Below are positions 20,109-30,841 of a stretch of 64,000 nucleotides of DNA, one piece after another. Made by a program: the position numbers and the translations under genes. A model generated the notes under the pieces. That model was given only the letters and a program-made list of their open reading frames with translations. It was not told the DNA's origin and searched no databases. The DNA is taken from the sequence record LR756501.1. One strand, given 5' to 3'. Position 1 is the stretch's first letter. Each line of letters opens with the position of its first letter.

Positions 20109-20600
20109 TTAATTTGATCCTAATAATTTTTGTATGTAAGAATATTTATTGGTTTCGTAATTCTCCTGAGGTAAATATATTGTGTACTGAACACCAGTAT
20201 TGAAATTAGATACTATCCAAGCGTAAACCCATGTGCCTTGATTCCATATTTTCCAAACATCTGTTTTCTTATTCTGAGTACATGGATCGTCAAAAGCTCT
20301 ATGATATCTCTCGTCAAAATACTTACAAGTGGCAAAATAGTTTTCACCGTAATATCTTTCTACAATAATATAGAAATAACATATATTTTCATCTGTGAAG
20401 GAATATGAAGTCGAATAATTCTGGAATTTGGCGGTTATAGAATAAAATCCGTTCTCAGCTTTTTCTGGTTTATCTATTTTCATAGCCTTTTCTTTAATGC
20501 TACTCATAATCTGGTTTTTAGTCATACCTAAATATGTTTGACTAAATACACTTGTTATCATAAAGATAACACCAATAACTGTTAATAATAATTTCCTCAT
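20109..20600 (-). CDS. Putative exported protein
   Basis: Signal peptide MRKLLLTVIGVIFMITSVFS-Q. Confidence 0.7.
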   Translation of the reverse strand: MRKLLLTVIGVIFMITSVFSQTYLGMTKNQIMSSIKEKAMKIDKPEKAENGFYSITAKFQNYSTSYSFTDENICYFYIIVERYYGENYFATCKYFDERYHRAFDDPCTQNKKTDVWKIWNQGTWVYAWIVSNFNTGVQYTIYLPQENYETNKYSYIQKLLGSN

Positions 20601-20610
20601 AAATTTAGTT

Positions 20611-21078
20611 TTAATTTGTATAATCCTTTTCTTTACATTCTACATATATAGACATTTGATTTGAATCCAATGATCTTAGAGTTAATTCCATATCGTAATC
20701 TCCACCATCAAAAGTCCATTTTAAGTTGCCTTTCTTTTTTAATAATCTGTTATAAAAATCATAATAATCCCAATATTCTTCTATATCATCAAATAGAAGA
20801 AAATACTTAACAGTCTTATCTGTCTTATTATCAAATACAAAAAGTGCTTTTACGTTCTCGTAATATACTAACCAAGTGTAGTAATCATCACTTAATGCCC
20901 ATTTACCATTTGAATCAACGTCTACATATAATTTTTGTTCAAATTTATATTTGATACCATCTTCCTTAAAGAAACCCTTTATTTCTTTTTTGGTAGAGTT
21001 TTCGTAAAAATTGTAATCAACCTGTGAGTAAACTAGTGATGATAACAGTAAAAATAGTATAACAAGAAACTTTTTCAT
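20611..21078 (-). CDS. Putative exported protein
   Basis: Signal peptide MKKFLVILFLLLSSLVYS-Q. Confidence 0.7.
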   Translation of the reverse strand: MKKFLVILFLLLSSLVYSQVDYNFYENSTKKEIKGFFKEDGIKYKFEQKLYVDVDSNGKWALSDDYYTWLVYYENVKALFVFDNKTDKTVKYFLLFDDIEEYWDYYDFYNRLLKKKGNLKWTFDGGDYDMELTLRSLDSNQMSIYVECKEKDYTN

Positions 21079-21161
21079 TTATCTTTTTATAAATTTATAT
21101 CAATGAAGTTTAAATTTTAGAAAAATTTATTTTATATATAGTAAAAAATGATAATACGTTA

Positions 21162-22376
21162 ATGATTAGCAACTACGATAATTTCATGAACGAAAGCCTA
21201 AAGAAAGAATTTACTAAGCTTCTTCATAACATCACCAAACACTTTGGCAACGAAGATAATATGGAAAAACTTGAAGCTGATCTTATTAGATTACTCAACG
21301 GTTACAAGAATAATATATTGTCTGGTCAAATCAGAAAAATAGATAATAATTTCATAGAAGGTATTAAACACGAAGTTAATAAAGACGTTGTTGAATTACT
21401 TAACATTGATACATTTTTTAGAGGTATAAACAACCTTAAAGTTAAAGGCAAAGACAAGAAAATAGAAGAATATTTTAACGATTATATCGCTTCTATTCCT
21501 AATAGATTAAAGACATTATATAATTCAGAGCAAGATGTTAAACTTGACGATCCACACGACGTAGATACAGAAGATATGTATTACGATCCTTATCTTGACG
21601 ATAACGAATTTTCAGAATGGCGTAAAGTTGTTTCTACAGCACCAAGATTCAGAGTTAAAAGAAGAAGATTTGAAATAGAAAAGGCCTCTTTACATATCGA
21701 ATTACTTAAAATGAGAGATTGGTTAGCTGAGAACGACAAGAAATTAGTGATAGTTCTAGAAGGTAGAGACGCTGCAGGTAAAGGTTCTTTCATTAGAACA
21801 GCAACAGAAAATCTAGCACCAGCTTATTATAAAATAAATACATTTGGTGTTCCAACACAAGAAGAGAAAGAACATTGGTTTGAAAGATACGAAAAGGTTT
21901 TACCTACAACACAACAGATCGCTTTTTACGATAGAAGTTGGTACAATAGAGCTGTAGTTGAACCAGTTATGGGTTATTGTACAACAGATCAATATTCAGA
22001 ATTTATGAGAGACGTTGTGCCATTTGAAGAAAGTTTAATTGATAGTGGTATTTATCTTATCAAATTATGGTTCTCTATTACTGATAAAACACAAGAATTA
22101 AGATTTAAATTAAGACAAACAAGCCCTATTAAATATTGGAAGTTCTCACCAAATGACGCCAAGGCAATGGAAAAATGGGACGCCTATACCGCTTATAAAG
22201 AAGAAATGTTTAGAACAACATCGACTGAAAAATCTCCTTGGGTTATAGTAGATTCAAATGATAAGAGAGTGGCAAAACTTAACGCTATGAGATATATCTT
22301 AAATCAAATTCCTTACGATAATAAGAAAGAAGAGATATTAGAAGTATATCCCGAAGTTGTATATCCTATTATATAA
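21162..22376 (+). CDS. ppk2: Polyphosphate kinase 2 with ~170-aa N-terminal extension
   Basis: LEGRDAAGKG, YDRSWYNRAVVEPVMG; starts MISNYDNFMNE. Confidence 0.95.
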   Translation: MISNYDNFMNESLKKEFTKLLHNITKHFGNEDNMEKLEADLIRLLNGYKNNILSGQIRKIDNNFIEGIKHEVNKDVVELLNIDTFFRGINNLKVKGKDKKIEEYFNDYIASIPNRLKTLYNSEQDVKLDDPHDVDTEDMYYDPYLDDNEFSEWRKVVSTAPRFRVKRRRFEIEKASLHIELLKMRDWLAENDKKLVIVLEGRDAAGKGSFIRTATENLAPAYYKINTFGVPTQEEKEHWFERYEKVLPTTQQIAFYDRSWYNRAVVEPVMGYCTTDQYSEFMRDVVPFEESLIDSGIYLIKLWFSITDKTQELRFKLRQTSPIKYWKFSPNDAKAMEKWDAYTAYKEEMFRTTSTEKSPWVIVDSNDKRVAKLNAMRYILNQIPYDNKKEEILEVYPEVVYPII

Positions 22377-22598
22377 TTACCAAATAAAATAATTATCAGG
22401 ATATTTTGTATTATTAGAATTATAGTTTATAAGATTCTTCAATTTGACTACGGCCCAATATATTGGATAACAAGCGAATATCAAAGCGTAACCAATGAAA
22501 AAGAATAATATGCCCACAATTCCTAAAATCATGTAATGAAAAAAGAAAAATAGATCTCTCATATTTTTAAAATATTTGTTTAAATCTTTCACACGCAA
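22377..22598 (-). CDS. Small membrane protein
   Basis: Long hydrophobic segment. Confidence 0.5.
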   Translation of the reverse strand: MRVKDLNKYFKNMRDLFFFFHYMILGIVGILFFFIGYALIFACYPIYWAVVKLKNLINYNSNNTKYPDNYFIW

Positions 22599-23748
22599 TC
22601 TTAATATCTTCCAAATTAACAGCAGAATAAGATATTCTTATATTATCAAGGAAGTAACCGTGTTTTGTAAATCCCCAACCTGGTACCACACATATACCGT
22701 TTTCCATTAAAACATCTAATACTAATCTACCAGGATATTTTTTCATACCTTCAGCCACATTAGGATAGAAGTAAAAAGCGCCTTCTGGTTTTGTAACATT
22801 CATTCCTTTAACGTCTTTTAAACCGTCGTAAAATAAATCCCTTCTCTTTTGGAATTCTGTTTGTTGTGGTTTTAAATCAACGTCTCCAAAATTACAAAGT
22901 CCGTACTGTAAAAATGTAGGAACACCAGCGGTATGTGTATATTGAACACCATTCATTAATTTTATAACGACACTATTCTTAGATACTATATATCCAACAC
23001 GAATACCTGTAGCTGAGAAGGTTTTTGAGAATGTGAAACAAGTTATTATATCACTATAATTTTGAGCTTCGTAAACAGACATTGTACTTATATGTTTCTT
23101 ACCATCAAATATAACGTCTTCGTAAGCTTCATCTGAAATAATAAATACACCATATTTCTTACAGAGTCTTACCACATTAGATATTTCTTCGTAAGAAAAG
23201 ACTTTACCACTTGGATTCTGTGGGTTGTTAAAATAAAAGAATTTAATCTCGTGTAATATATTCTCAAAGACTTTCCAATCGATACTAAAATCTTCATTAA
23301 GAGGAACCTCTAAGAATGTTACATTAGAATAAGGTACAAAATTTTCAACTGCCACACTCCAAATAGGTGAAAAACCTGCGCCCGTTTGATTTGCAAACAA
23401 ATTGAAAGCCATGTTAAGTGCTTCTTGACCACCCGCTGTTACAACTATATCGTGTGTAGTGATATCAGGGATTTTATTTTTAGTCTCTAGTTTCTTACAT
23501 ATGGCTTCTTTGAATGCTAATTCACCACCAGACTTTGGGTATTTTGTTTTACCGTCATCAAGTGATTTTTTAATATTATCAATGAGTAATTTAGGAGTAG
23601 ATAAATTCAATTCACCTCTTTCGAGATGAATAAATTTCTGACCTGTTCTTTCCTGGTATTGTGGTTCAATAACCCTAGCCTGTTCAGCGATTCTAACAAT
23701 AGGTGATATTTCTATTTTATGTAGTGGTGAAAAGAATTTTTCTTGCAT
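22567..23748 (-). CDS. PLP-dependent aminotransferase, class I/II
   Basis: NNPQNPSG, SDEAY, FSKTFSATGIRVG. Confidence 0.93.
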   Translation of the reverse strand: MQEKFFSPLHKIEISPIVRIAEQARVIEPQYQERTGQKFIHLERGELNLSTPKLLIDNIKKSLDDGKTKYPKSGGELAFKEAICKKLETKNKIPDITTHDIVVTAGGQEALNMAFNLFANQTGAGFSPIWSVAVENFVPYSNVTFLEVPLNEDFSIDWKVFENILHEIKFFYFNNPQNPSGKVFSYEEISNVVRLCKKYGVFIISDEAYEDVIFDGKKHISTMSVYEAQNYSDIITCFTFSKTFSATGIRVGYIVSKNSVVIKLMNGVQYTHTAGVPTFLQYGLCNFGDVDLKPQQTEFQKRRDLFYDGLKDVKGMNVTKPEGAFYFYPNVAEGMKKYPGRLVLDVLMENGICVVPGWGFTKHGYFLDNIRISYSAVNLEDIKIACERFKQIF

Positions 23749-23802
23749 ATTATTATTATTTTTTATTGTTATAAATAATAAATGAAGAAAAGTTTAACCC
23801 AA

Positions 23803-26800
23803 TCACTTAAATTCCTCATATGATTTTTTAACAATTTCAGCTAGTTCCTCTTTACTCATAAAAGGATCATCAAGGTACATTTCACCGAGAACCTTTAATA
23901 TCTTACCAACTATCGGTCCTTTTTTTATACCCAATATATCCATTACGTCGTCACCGCTCAACGGTGATTTTGGAGGAGCGGTCTTATCCTTTTCCTCTAA
24001 CTCTGCAAACCTTCTCCTTATATTAGATACCTGGTTTGGCATATTAGAGTCATCTGAGTGTGATACGTTATCAGCGTGTATCACATCAAGAGTGTGTTGA
24101 AGATGTGGACCTAAATCCTGTTTCATCTTTCTTAACGACCTATCACTTATAACACCTTCATCACCAGTCTGTTTTGTTCTCATGTGATGTTCGACAGCAG
24201 TTGCCACAGCGTCAATTATATCACTGGGGTACCTTAATCTTTTCATTATATCCCTAGCCATAAAAGCACCCAACTCTTCGTGTCTGTAAAAATGTACTTC
24301 ATTATCTATTATTTCTCTAGCCTTAGACTTACCTACGTCGTGTAAAAGAGCAGATAATCTTGTAACTAAATCAGGTGGAGTATTCTTTAACACTTCCAAA
24401 GTGTGACGCATAGCGTCGTACTTATGAAACTTATTCTGTTTCATCTTGATAAGTTTATCAAGCTCAGGAAAAATATATTTAGATAATCCTAATATTTGCA
24501 ATAATCTAATTGCCTTATCTGGAGTTTTAGTTAGAAGCATTTTATCTAATTCTTCTCTTATCCTTTCGGAAGAAATGTTTTGTAATTTCTTAGCGTTTCT
24601 CTTTAAACTCCTTATCATAAAGAGTGGCAACTTCCAACCGTATTTTGTTGCAAATCTTACAGCCCTTAACATTCTTAAAGGATCATCCGTGAAAATAACA
24701 TCAGGATCAAGTGGTGTTCTAACTATACCAGCCTTGATATCATCCTTACCCATACCTGTTAAATCTAATATTTCGTCAGTAGATAAATCTTTTAAAAGCG
24801 AATTTACGGAAAAATCGCGACGAAAAACATCATCTTTCAATGTCCCTTGTGATACATCTGGTTTACGATCCCCTTCAAAATATGTTTCCTTTCTTGGCAT
24901 AACACATTCAATATCAATATCTGATAAGTCTTCACCGTTGAATTTTTGTCTTCTAAGTGAGAATTTAGCTGTGCCGAATCTAGGGTATATAACAGGGTTT
25001 CCTTTTGTGTGTATTCCTAATTCTTTTGTAATCCAATCTGCGAATTTGATTCCACCGTCGGGAACGTTTATAAGTAGGTCAACGTCTTTAGGATCGTTGC
25101 CCATAAGTTCGTCGCGTACGGCTCCACCAGCAATAAAAACTTTGCCTTCCCATTCAGTTCCTTTGATAGTTTGTTTTATCAATCCTACTGCTGCTTTTAC
25201 TTTTTCTGGTGTTATTGCTTCATTTAACATATTATGATTTTCTTGTATTATTTTCTTTTTAACTTTTCCAGAACGCGAAGATAGTGAAAATTTTTCATTT
25301 ACTCCGTATAAACCAGTGATTTTACTTTCTCCTCTTTCTCCCCATCCCATGTCTTTATCATTATTTTTAAAATGATAAGTGACTACATATTCTTGTTCAA
25401 CTGGTTCTTCTGGTTCATCGTCTTCCACATTAAATTCATCGTCATGGTACTGGTGAGGCCAAAATGGATTTTCATATCTTTCAACGTATTTTGGTTTTAC
25501 TTCTCTAATTATAGCGTATAATTGTTTATCACCAAATTCGACTTTATCTCCCACTTTATATTTTGGTTCTTCCCAATCTTCTTCACCATATGGATCTAAT
25601 TCATCTACATTTTCATTTACACCGTTTTTTTCTAATCTATCTTCATCCATTAAACCATAACCTAAATATCTGTGTGAATTTTTAAAATAATAATCAACAG
25701 TATATTCTCTTTTATATGGATCGAATTCTTTAATAATAGCGTATTTATCGTGACTAATATTGATCTTATCACCATTTTTATATTTAGGTCCATCTTCCCA
25801 TCTTTCTTCGCCATAAGGATCTAATTCGTCTAATTCTACTGGTTCGTATTTTTTAAAAGCCCACTCTGAATACCACCCTGGAAAACCTTTGATAGAAATA
25901 CCAGATTTACTTATACCAGATACTTCGTAATTATTATATCTACTGAAAATAGTACTGCCAGCAATAACGAAATCTTTATCAACCCTAACTATATCTCCAA
26001 CTTTAATTTCATTATCTACATTCTCTCCCAACCAGTCTTCTTCTCCATATGGGTCATTGGGATTAAAAACTCTTGGTAATGGATTGTTAGTGAAATATTC
26101 TCTCATTTCATCTAAATTAAATTGCAGTGCACTTGCGTTATTACTAGCAACAAAGAATTTTTTATCTTTTATACTATAACCAGTTATAACATATCCTTTA
26201 CCTCTTGTGAAACAATCTCCAAAATTGGCTTTTAGAGTTTTTTTACATATTATTTTACTAGACACTTTAAAATCTTCTAAAGATTCATCCACATTTTCAT
26301 TCAATGCTCCTATTCTCCTCATTATTTCTCTTGCTCTTTTACTACCACCTTTAGGATAATTCATCATAGAATTATATCTACCCTTATCATATGCTATATC
26401 CTGTCCTTCAAATTGTCCTGCTGTTGGATCTAATATTTCACCTTTACTGTCTCTCATAAACCAATGGGTTTCACCTTCGTCAAGTCCTTCAGGCCAAGAA
26501 AGATGACTTAATACATAAGTTTTCCAATCACTGGATGGACCTCCAAGCATCCAATAAAGAGCTTCTGTAGCAGCGTAACAATGTCCTGCTAATGGATTAT
26601 CAAACTCTTTATTCCACATACCTTTCAAAAGATCTTTAGTTAAGACTGATTGAATCTTTTTTATCAAATTATCGTACTCAAAATTTTCTTTTAAGAGACC
26701 GATCTTATAATCACCTATAAGATATTTCAATCTATCTTGATGTATTTGTCCCTTCTTAAATAATTGAGAATCTTCTATACATTCATCTATTGTTCTAGGA

Positions 26801-27504
26801 TTCCAACGATCTGGTAAAGGTACAAAAATATGTTGAATATTAAATTTCTTAAAATAAGGAATACATAACTTACAGGTAAATTGTGTCTTAAAGAACAATG
26901 TTCCTGTTTTTGGAAAATAACCAGCTACATAAATATCTGCACCATCTATATTATAACCTTTAGCAAGGGCATCATTCATTGCTTCAACCTCGGCGTGATT
27001 AGCGTATCCTTGTTTAAGTATTCTATCCAATTTGAATTTAGCGTGAGCAATACCTCTATTATAACCTTCCCCAAGTATCTCGCCACCCTTAACTAAAACT
27101 GCTCCGTATCTTTCAGAATCACTTTTACATTTACGAGCGTTAGTTAAACATATTTTATAGTAAGGATCTTTTATTATAGAAGCAGCCGATTCATTTACTT
27201 CCCAATCTTCTTCACCGTAAGGATCTTCTGCTGTGAATTTTCTTACCCTTTTTCTACCCATTCTTAATCTATCAGTCGAACACCAATAAGAGGAACTAGT
27301 CCCGTCAAGGCCTTCCCCGTCGTGTAAAAGATCAGACCACATGTTATCAAATAAAACTAAAATCGAATTACCATCGTCTTCAACTTGTGTTACTACACCA
27401 GGTTCCCAAGCGTCTACTCTATCGTAATCGATGTATTCTACTCTGTCTCCGATTTCGAAACCAGTTAAATCGTTATATTCAAATAATTTAAATTTAGTTA
27501 TCAC
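23803..27504 (-). CDS. 1233-aa polyprotein: SH3-like modules, 4 DPYGEE tags, CMP/dCMP-type deaminase, HC..H..D domain, CCA tRNA nucleotidyltransferase + HD domain
   Basis: GTG start MITKFKLFE; HAEVEA..CKLC; GGAVRD..KDVDL, RRDFSVN, LRMLRAVRF, LLHDVGK. Confidence 0.9.
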   Translation of the reverse strand: MITKFKLFEYNDLTGFEIGDRVEYIDYDRVDAWEPGVVTQVEDDGNSILVLFDNMWSDLLHDGEGLDGTSSSYWCSTDRLRMGRKRVRKFTAEDPYGEEDWEVNESAASIIKDPYYKICLTNARKCKSDSERYGAVLVKGGEILGEGYNRGIAHAKFKLDRILKQGYANHAEVEAMNDALAKGYNIDGADIYVAGYFPKTGTLFFKTQFTCKLCIPYFKKFNIQHIFVPLPDRWNPRTIDECIEDSQLFKKGQIHQDRLKYLIGDYKIGLLKENFEYDNLIKKIQSVLTKDLLKGMWNKEFDNPLAGHCYAATEALYWMLGGPSSDWKTYVLSHLSWPEGLDEGETHWFMRDSKGEILDPTAGQFEGQDIAYDKGRYNSMMNYPKGGSKRAREIMRRIGALNENVDESLEDFKVSSKIICKKTLKANFGDCFTRGKGYVITGYSIKDKKFFVASNNASALQFNLDEMREYFTNNPLPRVFNPNDPYGEEDWLGENVDNEIKVGDIVRVDKDFVIAGSTIFSRYNNYEVSGISKSGISIKGFPGWYSEWAFKKYEPVELDELDPYGEERWEDGPKYKNGDKINISHDKYAIIKEFDPYKREYTVDYYFKNSHRYLGYGLMDEDRLEKNGVNENVDELDPYGEEDWEEPKYKVGDKVEFGDKQLYAIIREVKPKYVERYENPFWPHQYHDDEFNVEDDEPEEPVEQEYVVTYHFKNNDKDMGWGERGESKITGLYGVNEKFSLSSRSGKVKKKIIQENHNMLNEAITPEKVKAAVGLIKQTIKGTEWEGKVFIAGGAVRDELMGNDPKDVDLLINVPDGGIKFADWITKELGIHTKGNPVIYPRFGTAKFSLRRQKFNGEDLSDIDIECVMPRKETYFEGDRKPDVSQGTLKDDVFRRDFSVNSLLKDLSTDEILDLTGMGKDDIKAGIVRTPLDPDVIFTDDPLRMLRAVRFATKYGWKLPLFMIRSLKRNAKKLQNISSERIREELDKMLLTKTPDKAIRLLQILGLSKYIFPELDKLIKMKQNKFHKYDAMRHTLEVLKNTPPDLVTRLSALLHDVGKSKAREIIDNEVHFYRHEELGAFMARDIMKRLRYPSDIIDAVATAVEHHMRTKQTGDEGVISDRSLRKMKQDLGPHLQHTLDVIHADNVSHSDDSNMPNQVSNIRRRFAELEEKDKTAPPKSPLSGDDVMDILGIKKGPIVGKILKVLGEMYLDDPFMSKEELAEIVKKSYEEFK

Positions 27505-28069
27505 TCCCTGTATATACTATTTTTTCGTTATCTTTTCTTACTATACTTGCACCGTCTTCTGATACCTTGTAATTTTTTTGATTATATAAATAAAAATAAC
27601 CTTTAGTCTTATCATCCATCATGTAATTAACTTGTATATAATTATATAAAAATTTCTCTACACAATAATGATAAACTCTATATCTATCTTCTGTACAATC
27701 AAAACTAATTATCCAAGGATTTACTTCATTCTGTAACTCTAAAAGTAAAGCAAATACAGTATTAATAACTTTAACTGCGTCTTTTTTATCTGTATTTTTA
27801 AATTTAATTTCGTAGTGAACGTCCTTATTCTGTAAGTACTGTTCTTCGTCCATAAAATCAAGTGTTAAAAAATTATTCCAATATTCAGTATCTTTCAATT
27901 TATTAAAGAAACTTAACCTAGCGTAATAAGTGGTATCTTTACCAGTGAACCTATAAAGATATAAATCGAAGTTATCTCCTTCTTCTGTGCCGTGTTCTAC
28001 ACTAACCAATTCATAGTCATAGATATTGGTTTGGTCAAATAATTCAAATAATTTAAATTTCTTTATCAT
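27494..28069 (-). CDS. Hypothetical protein, CTS-like leader
   Basis: MIKKFKLFE. Confidence 0.75.
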   Translation of the reverse strand: MIKKFKLFELFDQTNIYDYELVSVEHGTEEGDNFDLYLYRFTGKDTTYYARLSFFNKLKDTEYWNNFLTLDFMDEEQYLQNKDVHYEIKFKNTDKKDAVKVINTVFALLLELQNEVNPWIISFDCTEDRYRVYHYCVEKFLYNYIQVNYMMDDKTKGYFYLYNQKNYKVSEDGASIVRKDNEKIVYTGSDN

Positions 28070-28929
28070 AATTCTTCTAATATTGTTCTTGCGGATTCAA
28101 TTGCTTCATCGTATTCGTATGAAACACCATCTGGTCCTTCAGCACCGTCAACTCCGTTTATTTCAAAATCAAACCAATTATTATCAGTCATCCACATACA
28201 ATCGGCTAAATCTTGATCTGTCCATCCTAGTTCAGTTGCTTTTACTACTGCGTCTCTATTATAATAATATTTGCCATTTTCTTCGAATCTTATTCTAATA
28301 TCACCAGTTGGATAAACTGTTACCCAATTCTCACCTTTTTTTAGTTCGGCTATTGCTTCGCCGTAATACCAAAAGGCGTCTTGTTTATTATCTGCTATTT
28401 TATCGTGAAGATAAATCACTTCAATTTCGTACTGTTTATCTTCCCAATTTTCTTCACCGTACGGATCTAATTCACTATTATCAGCGTTTTCTCTTACATC
28501 AGCCCACACGTTGATTTCTCTTTTTCTACCTTTTTCTGTTCCAGTCATATTCATTCCTCTCCTTTTATAAAATTCATTTGATTTAATATTATCTTGTGTA
28601 GTCTTCAATCTTCTTGGTTTTGGTACCATTTCAAATAATGCTTTACCTATACCCATTGATTGAAAATCTTTTCTTACTCCTATTTCATGTATAGTATTCC
28701 AACCATCTCTTCTCTCGTGAAAATGAACAAAACCAATAACCACACCATCAGATTCAGCTACCATAAGTTCGTCATATTTCATAGCATCTATAAGAGCCAC
28801 GTTCATAACAAAACCAAGTTCGTCTCTGAGTTGATTAGTTATCTTTTTAATATCTTTAAGGTCAGACTCTTTACCTAATCTATAAGATATATTATTAAAT
28901 TGTTCGTACAGTCTGAACTCTGTTATCAT
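28066..28929 (-). CDS. GNAT acetyltransferase domain + DPYGEE + unknown domain
   Basis: MITEFRLYE; IGVRKDFQSMGIGKALF acetyl-CoA motif. Confidence 0.8.
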   Translation of the reverse strand: MITEFRLYEQFNNISYRLGKESDLKDIKKITNQLRDELGFVMNVALIDAMKYDELMVAESDGVVIGFVHFHERRDGWNTIHEIGVRKDFQSMGIGKALFEMVPKPRRLKTTQDNIKSNEFYKRRGMNMTGTEKGRKREINVWADVRENADNSELDPYGEENWEDKQYEIEVIYLHDKIADNKQDAFWYYGEAIAELKKGENWVTVYPTGDIRIRFEENGKYYYNRDAVVKATELGWTDQDLADCMWMTDNNWFDFEINGVDGAEGPDGVSYEYDEAIESARTILEEL

Positions 28930-29756
28930 ACTTTCTTAATTTTTTCTAAATCGTTTTCTATTTTACCACATAAATCACATTGTAAAAAATATTTCATTAC
29001 TCTTTCAAAATTTTCAGGATTACGCATTACTCTACTTCTCAAAGACCATTTATGTTCACATTCTTTTATTTTAACTTTTTCTGCTGGTTCTAATTTACCG
29101 TTCCTAAACCATCTTGTTCCTTCTGATAATCTACCTTTACTGTACCATCTTATTTTTACCAACTTATTAACTTCAAGTGGTGTTATCTCCTCGGGTGATA
29201 CGTTATAACAATATCCGTCTTTACCATTCCCGTTACAATCGTGACCGTCGTCAAACGTTTTATCAAATTGCACACCAATTTCTTGACCACCGCTTCTTAC
29301 CCTTATAACAGTACCCTCAAATCCTTCTATTTCTCTATTGGCTCCGTGATAACCGTTATTAACGTAGTGATATATAACTCTTTGACCCAATTCAAAATTA
29401 TCGTTTTTTCCTTCGTTTAATAATTTTCCTTTTTTGTACCATCTTATTTTAGGAGGAGTTTTATCTTCTAATTCAACAAAATTGCTAGTTAAATAATAAG
29501 AAGATCTTGTTGGATCTTCATTATTATCACCAGCCATCAAATTAGTATTGAATCTATTATCAAATTTAATGAGTATTTCTCTCTTTTGTGATTTATCCCC
29601 AGCCTCGTAAAAATTTATAATATTTCCAACTTCCCCTTTAAAAGTAATATCATTATATTTACCAGTAACAATTACTCTATCCCCAGCACTGAAATTACCA
29701 TCTGGATCGTAATCTGTATATTGATTGGACTCGAATATTTTAAACTTTCTTATCAT
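28926..29756 (-). CDS. Tandem SH3-like protein with three RW[YF]xxG[KR]L motifs
   Basis: MIRKFKIFE; FSAGDRVIV, FELGQRVIY. Confidence 0.75.
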   Translation of the reverse strand: MIRKFKIFESNQYTDYDPDGNFSAGDRVIVTGKYNDITFKGEVGNIINFYEAGDKSQKREILIKFDNRFNTNLMAGDNNEDPTRSSYYLTSNFVELEDKTPPKIRWYKKGKLLNEGKNDNFELGQRVIYHYVNNGYHGANREIEGFEGTVIRVRSGGQEIGVQFDKTFDDGHDCNGNGKDGYCYNVSPEEITPLEVNKLVKIRWYSKGRLSEGTRWFRNGKLEPAEKVKIKECEHKWSLRSRVMRNPENFERVMKYFLQCDLCGKIENDLEKIKKV

Positions 29757-29793
29757 CTTTTCTATATATAAAAATAAAAAAGAGATAGTTTGA

Positions 29794-30822
29794 ATGGACT
29801 TTAATAAAAATTATTACGCCACCCTAGGTGTTAACAAAGAAGCTACAGCAGAAGAAATCAAAAGTAATTATAGAAAATTAGCTAAAGAGCACCACCCAGA
29901 CGCTAAAGAGGGTTCTGACGATACTGTGATTAAAGAATTAAATGAAGCCTACGGTGTTATTGGTGACGAAGGCGAACGTCAAAAATACGACATACAAAGC
30001 CCTCACGGTAAGAATTTCCAACCAGGATTTGGTAATCAATTCTTCCACATGAATATTAATGGACAAGACTTCAATCCATTTGGAGGAGGATTTGGTTTTA
30101 ATCCTTTTGGCGGTAGTCCTTTTAACGACCCTTTCTTCAACGATATATTTAACAGGAAAGAAGAATTTATAGAAAATTTAGATATACACTATCCTGTAAA
30201 TGTTACACTTAAAGATATTTATAACAATTCTAATATACCTATAAAATTTAAACACGACGTAAAATGTGACGCTTGTAACTTCACTGGATTTGATCCAAAT
30301 AGTGAAGAGTTCCAATGTGACGCTTGTGACGGTAAGGGTGGAGATAAATTCACTAAATGTAAATATTGTAACGGTACAGGTAAGATTCACTCTGGTCCTT
30401 GTACTAAATGTAATACAACTAAAGTCATATCCAGAGAGGAAGAACTAGCTTTTTCAAATACTTTTCAAATAGACAAGAGTTTCATTAAATATATGAGAGG
30501 ACTTGGACACCAATCTAAACATTACGCCAATAAAGTTGGCACTCTTATAATTGAAGCCAATTATCAACACGACGATAGGTACGTAAGAGAAGGACCAAAT
30601 TTAGTTTATCTATTAAACTTACATTATCAACATGCTATAGATGGTTATATGTTTGAACACGAACATCTTGACGGTAAGAAATATTCACTTAAAATCCCAC
30701 CTAAAACAAAAGACGGTGATATACTAAGAGTTGCTGGTAAAGGACTTTTAGCTAACGCTCAACAAAGAGGAGATTTACTTGTTAAAGTAAATGTTATTAT
30801 CGATTACGAACTTTTGAAGTAA
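29794..30822 (+). CDS. dnaJ: DnaJ-class chaperone
   Basis: J domain with HPD, G/F region, CxxCxGxG repeats, C-terminal domain. Confidence 0.93.
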   Translation: MDFNKNYYATLGVNKEATAEEIKSNYRKLAKEHHPDAKEGSDDTVIKELNEAYGVIGDEGERQKYDIQSPHGKNFQPGFGNQFFHMNINGQDFNPFGGGFGFNPFGGSPFNDPFFNDIFNRKEEFIENLDIHYPVNVTLKDIYNNSNIPIKFKHDVKCDACNFTGFDPNSEEFQCDACDGKGGDKFTKCKYCNGTGKIHSGPCTKCNTTKVISREEELAFSNTFQIDKSFIKYMRGLGHQSKHYANKVGTLIIEANYQHDDRYVREGPNLVYLLNLHYQHAIDGYMFEHEHLDGKKYSLKIPPKTKDGDILRVAGKGLLANAQQRGDLLVKVNVIIDYELLK

Positions 30823-30841
30823 TATTTTTATATATAGGTTT

